Positions 11,455 to 24,637 of a stretch of DNA of 64,000 bases are shown one piece after another; within the stretch, counting starts at the first letter, position 1; every line of letters begins with the position of its first letter. The position numbers and the translations under genes are program-made. Under the pieces are notes generated by a model that was given only the letters and a program-made list of their open reading frames with translations, did not search any database and was not told the DNA's origin. The stretch is from Takakia lepidozioides (lineage: Eukaryota > Plantae > Bryophyta). Where the stretch lies: the NCBI GenBank assembly GCA_030704615.1, contig CM060733.1, positions 19,034,001-19,098,000 on the forward strand, written 5' to 3'.

Positions 11455-12080
11455 GGGTGACCCTATGGGGGTCGCTTTAGGATTCACCCAGGCATCCCTT
11501 GGGGGTCGCACAGTGGCGATACCACGGCCCGCCATACCCGTTGCTGGGTAACTCTGACTCCCTGGATGTCGCAAAGTGGCCATACCCTTGCCCCCGCCAT
11601 ACCCGTCGCTACGTATTACCAACCTCAGAGGGGTCACATAGTGGCGATACCTATGCCTACCCGCCAGACCCGTCGCTACGTAAATACGACGTCTGGGGGT
11701 CGCATCACCTCCCGCTGCCGATAGCTTACAGCTTCGACCCCCTTGGGGTCGCAGCATCGCTATACCCCCGGAACCACCATATCCGTCGCTAGGTAAGTCC
11801 GATCCCCGTGGGGTCAGTCGGTATTCCGAACCTTTTAACTGTTTTTTTTTTTTATTAAAAAAAAAGTAACAGTGTGACCCCCTGGGGGTCGCACGGGCAA
11901 AGCTCCATAAGGGGTCGGCCTGGTGTCGGGGCAATTCGGCGATCCCCTGGGTGTCGGTCTTAACTGCCCGATTTACCGAAGCCTTTTTAGCGACGCCTCA
12001 GGGGTCGGTATTTGGGACTTGGCCGCAACGGCTTTAGACCCCCTTAATGACCTCAGGGAGGTCGGTCAGGCATTGCTACC
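11455..12080. repeat. GC-rich GGGGTCGC/CGACCCC repeats, possible left terminal repeat region of the MULE remnant
   Basis: Recurrent GGGGTCG motif directly upstream of the transposase; no partner TIR found in the window. Confidence 0.45.
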
Positions 12081-12186
12081 CCCCCCAATTGCTGTACTGT
12101 CTGTACTGTACAGGGCATGGACGTGGAAGCAGACTCATGATATACTAAAAACGGGAAGCTGAATTATACGGCCTCTTCGACAAAGT

Positions 12187-14416
12187 TTGCAAACACCCAA
12201 ACGAGGACCCTTCAACACGAAGGACCTCCATTGGAAAAGAGACACGCAATATGGTTATATGGGTGCGCGAGTGAATGTTCAAAAGGCCTGCATACCGTGG
12301 GATAGAGTTGATGACTTTCTCTTTGGAGAGGAGAGTTTGGTGGACTACCCCACTCAGTTTTGGGTGAATGTCCATACTAATGTGCAACCCGACATGCTAA
12401 AAGAACCGAGAGCCAACAGTTTTCTGAACACTATCATGTGTGCACCATCCTCATCATCCTTTTGTAGTCTGATTGCATGTCTATTGCCATTTTTCGTACC
12501 CACGTACTGTGATTTCATGCTTCCAAAAGTCGATGGATATCGATTGTGATTTTTATGTCCAGGTATCAATGCTGCTACGACAAGCGCACCAACAATGCGA
12601 TAGTGGAGGATCCCAAACTGAAACGTGGAGGACCTCTTGTGGGTACTGGAACATCTCACCCTCATAAAGGCCCAAGGAAAAAGAAGTCGGAATATGGAGA
12701 GTCTTACAAGCGTGGTTGCCAATGTTGTTTCAAGGTCCAACAATGCTATCTCGCCCCCGACATTTGTGTCCTCACGTACTACAACAATATGGAGCATACA
12801 GACGCAAAAGGGAACATCTGTCATGGGAAGTTCGTTGAGTTCAGGAACACTCGCCACGCCTATGCACCACACATTAGCGAGGAATTGAAAGCATGGGTCA
12901 TGGAGTGTCTGTGCCAAGGCCTGTCAGTCGCCCAAATCATGATGGAACATAAAGAGCACGTCATGAACAATAAAGGGTTGGGGGATGCATGGACACGGGA
13001 CAATTTTTTGTTGGAACAGGATGTGCGCAACCTGGCCGAGAAACTGGCATGGCAAACGTTCAAAAAACATGCCAACGATGCGGAGAGTGTCCGCATGTGG
13101 AAAGACCAGAACCCGAAATCGGTCTTCTTCTATCAAGAGGAGAAATTGGTGCCAACAATCAAGCACTACGATGGCGACTTAACATTCACAATCGGCATAC
13201 AGACTGAGTGGCAAAAGAAGTGAATGCTTCAATTAGGCCATGCCCATATCGTTGCATGCGATGCAACCTTCGGGACAAATCACCACAAAGTACTCTTCAT
13301 CCCTTTCACAATTTATCCGCTTGCAGAACTAGTGGATGTACACACACTGGCAGCATCTGACATCCTGCATTTGAACAGTCCCCATTGTACACGTTGATGG
13401 TCTTCGACGAGTGGCTTAACGATATACCAGTTGTGTACATCATATGCGCATGTGAGCGGACAACAGACCTGGTGCCGTGGATGGAAATCCTGCAGGACTC
13501 ACTCCTCACAGGATTAGCGACCCAATGCCTTCATTGTGGACGATGCCGACGCCGAAATAAACGCCATTACGTAAGTTTCACGTACCCTCCTGTACACTCG
13601 CGTGCAAGTCTGCTGCATGCGTCCATTGTCTGTCTCTTTGGCAAGTCCCCTGCCATACAACGCAGTCCTAGCTGCAAGTCCGGCCCATTCCTTTCTGCAA
13701 GTCTGCTTGCAAGCCAGTCCGCTGATAATGTCCTCTAGCGAAGTCCGCTGGAAGACTCACTTGCGCAAGGTCAGTCTGTTCGGGTGTGTTGCCAGCAAAG
13801 TTTGGGTAAGTCTGCTACCGGTCTCTTAAGGGAAAGTCCGCTGGCAGGCTAGTCCGCCGGAGATGACTGTTCGCAAGCAGTCCGCTTTACGTGCGCCAGT
13901 CTGCTGCAAACTCAATCTAGTTATGGCACGGCGCTGGGAACCATTCATGGAGGATTGCATAATGTGTTTAGGGTTCATGCAAGTGGCGGCAACGAAGAGG
14001 GTTTGGGAAATGCAACAAAGGGCCCTTCCACAGATGACTTCCCCTATGATGCGGAGCTTGTCCTCGTACCATCCTCCATGAACAAAGAATTTGTAGACAA
14101 ACTTCGCATTGTTGGTGACGACAAATACCTGGAGAAACATGTGTTGTCTTCTCTTCGTATCTGTAGGGGGCAGCTTGTTGATATTCTCGCCAATAGTGCT
14201 GCAGGAATGTTGCACCCTGCGGCAGCAAATAGCTTCCGTCCTGTAAATGACAACAACAATATGTCGCTGAAAAGAAAACGAGATTTCGTTGAGGCATGGA
14301 AAACGCGACCCAGAGTCTTACGTAAAACAGGGGAGAGGGTTGGTGCCCCAACACCTGCAGCACACATATACTCCACAATCCGGAGGGTTGCAGACCGTAT
14401 ACTAGTTGTAAAGTAG
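12187..14416 (+). pseudogene. MULE (Mutator-like) transposase remnant, spliced, internally deleted
   Basis: IPWDRVDDFLFGE, ESYKRGC, DATFGTN, LYTLMVFDEW, FIVDDADAEINAI; stop at 13221-13223; homologous to the transposase at 34519-50400; LCLWH and SWIM parts not seen. Confidence 0.85.
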
Positions 14417-14689
14417 AGTAAAAAATGTAAGAAATGCTACAGTATCATTCTCCCGATGAAATAAAATTTCGGCGGTACGATTGCATGTGCACAAGACTTC
14501 CAACTTGTTTGCCAACCAGTCTGCTGAACTAGTCTTGTGGCGTCTGGACCAGCCTGGTGAACCAGTCTTCTGGCGTTTGAACCAGTATGCTCAACCAGTC
14601 TTCTGGCATCTGAACCAGTCTGCTATACTAGGCTTCTGCTCAGTCTTCGAACAGTCTGCTGTGCCAGCCTTCGAACCATTGTGGTCATA

Positions 14690-15555
14690 GGCTTGTAAAC
14701 ACTCAGAGTAATCCATCACCAGGAAAACAAAGTATGCAGGGTGCGGAGTACACAGTTTCCTGAGCAGACCAGTCTCCTGGTTCTGAACGTGCCTATACCC
14801 AGCTGGACAGTGAGCCTCATGCGGTCTGCCCATCAGACTCGCCATTCTGAGTACGGTGGACCCTCACTTACTCTGCTGACCAGACTTGGCAGACTACTGG
14901 CCAATGCCACTTCGGTTCATGCAAAGACTCAATGGAGTTCATGTGAGTGTAACAGCCTTACCACACGTCGATGACAACAACACTCCAGTGCCCATTGCAA
15001 GACGATCTCATGAGTCTCACGGGAGCAGTCCTCTCAGCAGACCACTCCAACTGACTCTCCAGACTCGGCAGACTCGCGCAAGTAGGCTGGGTCTTGGTCC
15101 TAGTACACTCAGCGGACTCAATAGACTTACGACTCAACAGACTCCTCACTCAGCAGACTCGACATAATGAGCAGACTGATCAGTAGACTCGGCACACCGA
15201 GTAGACTGTCATCATTCAAAAGACTAGGCAGATTTGTCAGACTGAGCAGACTGAACGGACTCAACCAGCGAGAGGCCGGTGTAAACGGACTGACGTTATT
15301 CAAAAGACTGGCCCGACAGAACAGACTGGGTATGCGAGATCTTACTCCTCCACAATCGGAACGATTATATGATGGCAGTCTTTTATGTCTTTGCCGAGCC
15401 GAGGGACGCTCCAGTAAGAATGCAGATTGTCCACTAGCCTTTCCCGTGGCCTGTCCCAGTATGTCATCATAAGAGACCACGTTGAGGCTGGCAGAAGAGC
15501 AACAATACTTGAGTACTTCTCCTCAACCATCTTCTCATAGATAAGTCTTCTCATA
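14690..15555 (-). pseudogene. Ulp1-like (peptidase C48) remnant, convergent with the MULE transposase
   Basis: HIIVPIVE|gtaag intron, then GHWSVVVID...HMNS; same intron position as the Ulp1-like gene near 32362. Confidence 0.6.
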
Positions 15556-15557
15556 GT

Positions 15558-15860
15558 GTGTGGTTTTTTCGACGGGACATACAAACCTCGCGACTGTCAA
15601 AGAAGTTGAATTATCAACGCTTGGGACCATTCAAAATTATTCGACAAATAAATCCGGTCAGTTTTCGTCTTGAACTCCCACGAAATATGCGCATCCATCC
15701 AGTCTTTTATGTTTCATTATTGGAGTTGTATCATCCATCGAATATTCTAGGGAGAATCTCCGTACCACGTCCACCAATCGAAGTCAATCAGGAAATCGAG
15801 TATGAAGTCGACGAAGTCCTAGACTCTCGCATAAAGTATAAACGTCTTGAGTATTTCGTC
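15558..15860 (+). mobile_element. Ty3/Gypsy chromovirus integrase C-terminus (GPF motif) and chromodomain N-half
   Basis: KLNYQRLGPFKII...HPVFYVSLL...EYEVDEVLDSR...LEYFV. Confidence 0.9.
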
Positions 15861-16030
15861 AAAAATGGTTGTGGGTTCAATCCATTGATTGGTATTACAT
15901 AGGTGTCCACCTCCATGTTTTTTTTGTTGGAAGACAGTAGCCCTTCGGGGTGAGGAGAGACCAAAATTTACGCTTCCTTATGTGGTATATTATTATTATT
16001 ATTATATTAAAGTGAGGTTTAGATAGCATG

Positions 16031-16555
16031 TGTCAAGGACGAGAACATGACTGAACACAAACAAGAAATCAGACTAGAGGTACAAGACTAGATAAGAAGT
16101 CAAGGTCGGCGTAGCCGAATGCATGGTGGATAAACATGAATCAAGATGATCTTTATAACAATTGACAAGAATACAAGATACTGGAACTCGACTTGAATAC
16201 TGGAATGTTGGAAACTGGACTGGAGTACCAGATACTAGAAACAAAAGTAGCTTGAACTTGTGTTGGCAAGATTGAAGAATGTCCAGTCTCGCCTCTTATA
16301 TATACTGGCTACTGGGAAGTTTCATAAGAAGCTTCCCCAATGGAGGTTTCTTGATGGAGAAGTTTCCTCCAAAAGAAGCTTCCTGAGCAGTTTCCCAAGT
16401 TACTCTTGGTAATTTGGTAAACTTCCGGTAACTTGGTAACTAATGATAATTTATGGTAAATCATGATAGATAATGATAAATCACGATAACTTTTGGTAAC
16501 ATTGTAATTTCTGGTATATACTCCTGGTAAGTTCATCTGGGCTATGTCCGTGACA
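16031..16555 (-). mobile_element. 3' LTR of the chromovirus (525 bp)
   Basis: Ends TGTCAAGGAC...GTCCGTGACA (9/10 inverted match); PPT GAGGAAGGGGTGA adjacent on the minus strand at 16556-16568. Confidence 0.8.
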
Positions 16556-16805
16556 TCACCCCTTCCTCTAGCGCCGAGTTCCTCGAGGAGCGGTAAAATC
16601 TTGGAGTTGCTTAGAGTTGAGTAAGCGACAGCTCCAATATATCTGGTTCATGTGACTCCATGCTGTCAATACAAGATGCAAGAGTGTTGGAAGTGTAGCT
16701 ATATATACTTATGTGTGGTGCTCATCCCTCATCAGCGTGTATCAGGTACACTGAATGTGGAGTCTTCACCTTGAAGCTAACTTGGCTATCATCGTTGTGA
16801 CGTCT

Positions 16806-16934
16806 TATTATCGTGTAGCTCGGGACTTAGCTGGATATCGTTGATGAAACTCTTGGACTTTGTCAGATGCATTGGCGAGGTTGGATGAAGGTTCTCACGT
16901 TCGTTCGCTGATGTCGTAACATTTCCAATGGATG
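16806..16934 (-). pseudogene. Chromodomain C-half of the chromovirus integrase
   Basis: Manual minus-strand translation IHWKCYDISERT*EPSSNLANASDKVQEFHQRYP. Confidence 0.8.
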
Positions 16935-17309
16935 CATTTTACCATTAGGCAGCAACTTTTGTCTTCAAGATAGCATGTTGATAAAGGCTTGAGTACAAGT
17001 TCTTAGGGCCACCAAGAAACCTTTCGAACAATTTGCTAGGATGACATCTTCAAGATCTTGGCTAGATGCATGTTAGAATATTAATTTTGCAGGGACCAAG
17101 GTTAGGGTTGTGTAAAAACCTTGGGACCAAGTACTTGACCAAGACAATGACAACTTAGAATAAGGTGTATCACTTTCTACCACCTTCATCTTTCCCACTT
17201 AGCCAGAGATTGTTGATTATAATGGTCACGATCATTAATAGAATAAAACAAAAAAAAACAAAAACCATGTTTTTTCCATACTTAGTTGAGGGTTCAAAAG
17301 TCACCAACA

Positions 17310-17381
17310 GTCAGTAGCTTGGTTGGTTAAGTGCACTGAGTGCCACCCAGATGATTCTGGGGTCAATTCTTGCTACTGACC
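17310..17381 (+). mobile_element. tRNA-like head, probable SINE
   Basis: A-box TAGCTTGGTTGG, degenerate B-box GGTCAATTC, terminal pairing GTCAGTAG/CTACTGAC. Confidence 0.55.
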
Positions 17382-17717
17382 GGTGTTGTATGGTTCCTGG
17401 GTGGTGCCCCATTCCTGCGCCTCATGGCGAGTTACTGTGAAAGAGATTATTTTCTCCTCTCACTATTAAGGGGCCTGAATTGTGAGCTGTCGCTCAAAGG
17501 TGTTTCCCTTAATTTATTACAAATAAATAAAATGAGAATTGGCCTTTCCTCCAAACCACATCATTCTTTTTCTTGGTCCCTAGACCAACAATTGCCCGCC
17601 ATAATCAATGCCACTTCATAGACGTTGTCATTTCTACCCCATTTCATTTATGGCCCATAGACGCACATATGACGCTAACATCCGGACAGAGCGCCACGAA
17701 GAATCCACACACGGGGT

Positions 17718-17786
17718 CGGGCAGCAGGTTCGAACCCCGAAGAACCAAGGCGTCACATTGTGCACTTACCGGCTGAGCTACTACCC
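17718..17786 (-). mobile_element. tRNA-like head, probable SINE
   Basis: Minus strand GGGTAGTAGCTCAGCCGGTAAGTGCAC...GGTTCGAACCTGCTGCCC with A and B boxes. Confidence 0.65.
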
Positions 17787-18273
17787 ATGTGCAATTCGTG
17801 GTAGAATGTCGACTAAAAGGACCATCATTGTCCTTATATGGTTGATACCCAGCTAGTATATGAAATAAGTTCAACAAACCGTGCACTCTGAAGTATATAC
17901 CTACACACACAACATCCAATAGTATAGCCCGGACAAAGTACCAATTCATTGGTGGCATTGGTGGGTTCAAAACCACAAAAGTGTGTTGGATGTCATAAAA
18001 TATGGACTCATTGTCCAAGAGCTATTGGCTTCCAATGTGTAAATGTCCATTGTGGGTACGTGGGAACATAGGGAACATACACCTCGTGACATTCCTCGGA
18101 GGTGATTAGGTTGCACCGACCTCCTATCCCTCTATCACAAACACCTTTACACTCTATTTGCGTGGCAAGCTTCATCGTTGCTGCAATATGTATTGATGTT
18201 GAGCTGTACAGTGACTTCGGAGAGGTTTATAGAGCACTGCATGGCTGCAAGAATACGATCAGAACACTCGACT

Positions 18274-18574
18274 TAGTTTTAAGGTTTCATAAGCATCCAT
18301 TACCTCTGACTTGCCTGCAATACAACTTTGCATGTGTGTTGCAGAGGCTTCTCCTTCAAGTACAGTACATGGGTAGTTTTAAGGTTTCATAAGCATCCAT
18401 TACCTCTGACTTGCCTGCAATACAACTTTGCATGTGTGTTGCAGAGGCTTCTCCTTCAAGTACAGTACATGGGTAGTTTTAAGGTTTCATAAGCATCCAT
18501 TACCTCTGACTTGCCTGCAATACAACTTTGCATGTGTGTTGCAGAGGCTTCTCCTTCAAGTACAGTACATGGGT
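18274..18574. repeat. Perfect 100-bp tandem repeat, 3 copies
   Basis: Units start at 18274, 18374 and 18474 and appear identical. Confidence 0.95.
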
Positions 18575-19274
18575 GCCTGATCGTAATTGACTAACATTCG
18601 GTGTCATACTACCCAGCTCCATAACACAAGTTCGCTTGTGAACTTAAGAAAAGATGACCCATTATTGTCCCTTTAAGCAGTTCAGGGTGCTCCGAGTGGC
18701 AGATTTCGAATTTGTTTTTGCATTTCAATTACAAATGAAAACTATTGGGATTGCCAAAGTTTTAGGATTTTTTGACTTGGTGTGTAATTTTTGTGATTTT
18801 TTAAAGTGGAAAATGCAAAATAACCCACTTATGACCAACCAAGTGTGAACAGAACTCATGCTAAAACGACCTCATGATTATGGTAACCCGGATCAGCGAC
18901 ATCATATCAACAATTTGGTAAAGCTGGCAAAAGTAACTGAGCCACTCTAGTAAGAAAATCAGTAATCGTCATTAAATGCACTTTCTACTGCACGAATTCA
19001 GCCCATCAGCCTTTCAAAAACTGAACCCCGGGGGGGAGGCGGCTACAACCATCCTCTCTCAAACCACCATGCATCTAAAATATCATTGAGTGCCTCTCAA
19101 ATATGTAACTCCACCTCCCCACGTCAGATCGCCATCATCCATAAACCGTCCACCTTCAAGATGCCCCCTTCCCTGCCATGTCCTTCATTCAACGCATGCT
19201 TCACTCTGGTTTTCAAACACTTGCAGACAAATGGCCTGCCTTTCTAGAAAATGGCCTGCTTTTCTATCATATTA

Positions 19275-20058
19275 CAGTCGACCCTGGCTAAATGTGCCCT
19301 CTTTATGTGTTATAAGGGGTATAATTGTTATCTTTTTTTTACTCCCTACAATTTTACACTATGCTGCAGTAGGGATGATATATGTTAAACGTTACAAAAA
19401 TGGTACTCCCTCCTTTGTAAAATGACCCTTGATATACGGTATGTCCACCTCTTTGTTAGGTAAGAACATTGAAATCTAAACGAAACTCCCAATATTTCCA
19501 TGAATGATGAAGAGGTGGCAATTGGCTTTAATATCTGAGCCTGATACGCTTCCGACTATGGGGGCTCACGAATTTGTCCAATACGAGGAAGAATATGATT
19601 TAATGAACACTCCATATGCACCTACGGAAAGCGAGTAATGGGCATTCGTCGATCCATGTGCAAACCATGTGCAAACGTCAAAAATGAAGATGACGAAGAC
19701 AAACCTATTTTAGATCCAATGGCACAAGTGATTCTCCAATGTTTAGGAAGCATTCAAAGTGATTAATATGTTTCTAGAACAACAACTCTCAGTGGTTGAG
19801 ACACTTTCAAATAGGGTTAGATCTGTAGAAAATGTTCTATCTACGTTGATTGCAAATTGTTGACATGACACTATTTGTTTTTAGTCGAATCGACATGTAA
19901 CTTTGTAAATGTTATATTTTTTGAGGTCATCCCTGGTTTATTGTTACATGGATAAATGTTGAAAAGAGTCTTGGTCGCCCTCTTTAATCGGTAATATGTC
20001 TCTGTTATTGTTATTTGTTTCTTACTCCCAAGGCGTAACAATAAAGGAGGGTAGACTG
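19275..20058. mobile_element. Non-autonomous Tc1/mariner (pogo-like) element
   Basis: TA|CAGTCGACCCT...AGGGTAGACTG|TA: short TIRs and TA TSD. Confidence 0.65.
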
Positions 20059-21963
20059 TATCTCACATGGTGTTTTTGAAATGGCGGAGCTGAGCTTTGA
20101 ATGTGGATCGCAATTAATTGGATAACTGCCCACTCCCATGCAATAATTAATGACACTGATTATGAAATTGAACCAATTACTTTCTTATTGTAACAGTGTA
20201 GGTATGCAAATGTGCATAGAATAGATTTGGCTCACTGCTATATCAGGAATGGACTCTACTCGTGGGACCAGGTGCTTCCTCACTACCTATGTACTCTGTG
20301 GCCACTACTTGTTAATAAAAATTCCATCTTTGCACCTAAAATGGCTCGTCTCCTTTGGATGGACCGTTCTAGGTCCGGCGACTATTTGTTTCATGCATAT
20401 TTATAGTTACAATGTGGTCTGAATTGGGTCATCTACCTTAGTTGGCGGGGATCATGAAGCACAACGTGCGCTATTCGGCGAGTCATTTGTCAGCAGCTAT
20501 TATGTGCGTCAGTGATCCCTGCCGGAACGAAAGTCCAACGTGGATTGACTCGATTGCCTATATGAATAAGTTGAAATCTGACCCGATGGCGGGCCACTTT
20601 GCAGTTCTCGCCCCTCCTTTTTGGAGAAGTTCTGGGAGTTCTAGAAATGAATCGTCACATTCAAAGGTTTGCAGGGTGGCCCAAAGTCTCACAAGTCAAA
20701 TTGGGAGTCCCATTTGACCCAATGATCTCTGTTCCGCAGTTGGGTTCAAGGCGATAATGTTGAACCAACGTCCATTTGCAAGCTCTTTGCAAGGTAGCTT
20801 GATGTCCGTGTACATGCCGGAGGGTGTAGAAGAAACACGACAAAAGGTTGGTGCACTGGGGTGGATGCAGCGTGGCAGCTGGCGCATGTGGCCTTACGTA
20901 GCCTGCTGAGGTTCTGGTGGGGAAGCCATATATGTACGGGTTTTTGTCACACAATTTTGCTGACTAAATTGTACATGGGCTTGAGCGGGGGGGCCGTTCT
21001 CAAGCGTAAAGGACTGCATGCGGACATCCCACATGTGTATGTAGGACAATGATCCGGAGGACTTTCCATAGGAAGTCGAGGTCATTCCATGAGAAATTAA
21101 GGGCCTCTACTGTTCATGTAAAGGAAAAATCAGCATCGTCACGTAGTCCACGCGAGCCGCATGGGTCTCAGGTTTGTGGCTGCACGTTGGCAATGTAGGA
21201 AGCACGTGCATATTAGCAGGATACAAATACCCAGCAGTTGCCATCCTTATGATCTGTCCGTCCCCATCCTGTGGCCCATTGAATATTGTATTAGAGTCCG
21301 TCCTTCATCTCGTAGACATTCCCTTGAGTCTTAAGGGTGCAGTTTGAAGATCTTTCCAGGGAATTGGGGTACTAATCTTAAGGTCTTGTTTGGCCAGCCA
21401 CAGCTTTCTCTCGTACAACAGTTCGGCTAGTTTGTTTGATCTCTGAGATCTCTGATTCTCTTGGGAGGATTTTTAAGCCTGGGTCAGAGATTTTAAGCTA
21501 AAATTTGCTGACAGTACCTTCCTCGTCTATCTTTACGTGAAAGGCTACAGTCTAGTCCCAGTACCCTGGCACCATCTCTAGTTCATTCAACACGTCCACG
21601 GCTTTGTGATCATGTAGATGTCGAATTACTGGACGCTAGCTGTCGGCCAATTGGTATGAGCTAGCTTCCGTGAGCACAGACAGAATTTGAGCCATGGCTC
21701 TGCTCCCTGTCTTTGTAAATCTATGAGCGATTGTCTATACATATATGCTAGGTCGTGCAGTGCTCGTAGATCACCTTGGTCTGCATTTTAGCTCTGAGAC
21801 GTCTCACTATCAGGATAAATATTCACCTTTCTCTAGTATGCTGCGCCTGCAGCTATTATAATAACTCAAACTGAGAATTCTGCGATTTTTTGACCGGCTT
21901 GCCTCTTTGAAAAATACTATATTTCATAATCGTAGAGGTTAGAACTTAGCATACATTTAGAAT

Positions 21964-23819
21964 ATGGATTCAGCTACCACGGAGATGGTGGCAAGCGGTG
22001 AGTTGCTGCAAGAGTTGATCGAGGGCATAGGGGTCACGAAAGTACCGCCCCGGTTTGTCAGACCGGCTCACCGGAGACCCGGAGGCGTTGCATGTACTGA
22101 AACCCGCCTGCTCACGATCCCTGTCATAGATATGGCTAAATTACAAGGTGAAGACAGACAACAGACTCTGGAGGACATTGCAGTGGCCTGCAAAGAGTGG
22201 GGATTCTTTCAGGTAATTTATTCAAATGTTAACTATTCTGCCTCAAGGTGGACCTGATCCTGATCCTCTAGCTGAAGCTATCATTTATAAAGAACAATAG
22301 GTGGTGGAACAGGTAGTTACCAAACACCGTCCTTGTATGAATTTCTATCATATAAATAATTACCGCATACTTTCCTTACGGATCGTTACAAGCAAGATAT
22401 TTTGATTCCTCGTGTTGAGGTGCAACAAGTGATACAAACCAGCTACCCTCTAATGTCAGACAATCTGAACACATGATACAGGTGGTGAATCATGGCATTC
22501 CAGACTCAGTAATTGAGCTCGTCAGCGAAGCTTCCAAAGATTTTTTCAACTCCCCCCTTGAAGATAAGCAGTTGTGTGCAATGAAGGAAGGGAGCTTTTA
22601 TGGGTATGGTCGGGTGTACAAGCTGTCAGAAACTGCAGTGTGGGACTGGGTGGACGTCCTCAACATCAGGGTTGCGCCTCGCCCTCTATCTAAGGAAGAC
22701 ATAGACGCATGGCCTAAGAGGCCTGCTTCTCATAGGTGAGGGAGTTACGTGCATGTACTATACTTTCCTCCAAATGCACCTAACTTAGTGCCTCACATAT
22801 GTGAAGTGGAACAGTCCAAGCACGGCCCCACAGGTCTATCATTAGTGGTTCAGGTGGGAACACTGCACATGATAGTTTTTTTAAGTAATGTTTCTGCCAG
22901 AGGGCTGTGATTTGAGGTCTTTCCGGCCTTTCTGATCCCATATGATCTTATGTGACTCACTGAGGCTAATGCGCTCATTTGGACATCCACAGGCCAGCAA
23001 TGGAGAAATACTCAAGGGAGGTCGGGGGCCTTACGGGAAGGCTACTGGCAGCACTTTCGGAGAGCCTAGGTCTACCGCCAACTTTGTTGGAGGAGAAATA
23101 TTTCGGGCCTAATTACTCTCAAGTGGTCCGTCTAAACTACTACCCTCGATGCCCCCAGCCAGACCTTGTGTTTGGCTTGAGTAGCCATTCAGACCCAGGT
23201 TTCCTCACAGTACTTCTACAAGCATCAGATGTGAGTGGTCTCCAAATATTGAAGGATGGCGAGTGGGTGCCAGTTCAACCCCTGCCCCAAGCCTTGGTCA
23301 TCAATGTTGGAGATCAGATGCAGGTACATCGATAAACTTAAGCTGATCAAGAGCACTGTACACTCGAAATGAGATTTGATAATGCCCTCCAATGCAGTAG
23401 ACCTGCAGTGCCATCGAATCATAAGTCTCATACTACAAGTTCTGAAACATTTGAAGTATCCTCTAGTAATGGACGAATCTAGGTACTGTATGGTAATGTT
23501 TTGAGCTGTGGTCACATCACCTCATCGACATGGAATCGTGTGCCTGCAGATAATGACCAATGGACGCTACAAGAGTGTGGAGCATAGAGTGGTTGTCAAC
23601 CAGGGCCAGGCGCGTTTGTCCATTGCCACCTTCAACAGTCCAACTTATGAATCCATTGTTAGCCCTATGGCGGAGCTACTGGATGCAACCCAGCCCCCTC
23701 TTTACAAAACCTTCAAATTCGGGGATTATGTAGCCTCGTATATGAAGCAGGAGTTGGGTGAGTCAAGGTTTATAGAGTCCATGAAGATTGCAGCTTGCAA
23801 TCCTGTAAAAGGTGCATGA
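21964..23819 (+). CDS. 2-oxoglutarate/Fe(II)-dependent dioxygenase (DOXC class); exons 21964-22212, 22482-22735, 22993-23323, 23550-23819; 367 aa
   Basis: IPVIDM, WGFFQVVNHGI, NYYPRCP, HSD, H (VEHRV) and RLS motifs; GT-AG junctions keep the frame. Confidence 0.95.
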
Positions 23820-24637
23820 CGAACAAAATATTGATCAAGCTCTTATCTATGAGTATGCATTCATGATCTGAACCAGGCTCATCGCCTTTCGGATCACAGA
23901 TTTGGGTGGGGATCAATGTACACATATTAGTCGGTCTTCTATCAGGTTGCAGCATGCAGGTTACAAATACAACCAACTTCAGGCTCGCACCCCTTCCGTC
24001 AAAAAGCCAGAATTTCTGAATTCGGGTCCGATTGAAGAGCTTCCAACACAACCATCGTAGCCCAGTACATTAAGTATTTCCAGTGCCTCGCCCCAGCTTC
24101 ACTGGCAAAAAAGGGTAGAAAGTTATGGCTGCTCGAGAAACCATGAAACGGCATCAGAGCATATCGAGAGATCCTGGCTTGCCTTCCCTGGTGGGTTCCC
24201 AACGAAAGGAGGGTTGAAAGCGGGTCCCGCACCTGCACGTCCTACAAATAAAACAGGGTGGGTGGTCCTTTCTTGGGACCACCCTTCGTTCAGAGGGGTT
24301 GAGCCCGGGCAAACAGAGGGCTTGTGTGAAATTAGAGGTTGAGAAGGGGCAGCCCTATATATTATAGGACAAATTCTCCAACTGGGACAGACAAAAACAA
24401 ATGTGCCTGTTTTTCTATGTAAAATGGTGAAGTTATCTTTTATCTTTATCTTTTTTATCTTTATGTAAAATGGTGAAGTTACATGCTCAGGATCACCGGG
24501 CCCTTGTAGATCACTACAAAGGAGGTGGGACCCGGGTGAGCTGGACCCGGGCTGATGTGAGACCCGGACCTGTAGAATTTCAAGGTCCTCGGTTCCTGTT
24601 GTGAACCACTCCAGGTATTGGTGTCTGGTTCTACCGT

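Noticed and set aside
17310-17786. Functional tRNA genes
   Set aside because: Arms pair poorly and the acceptor geometry is non-canonical; more consistent with SINE heads
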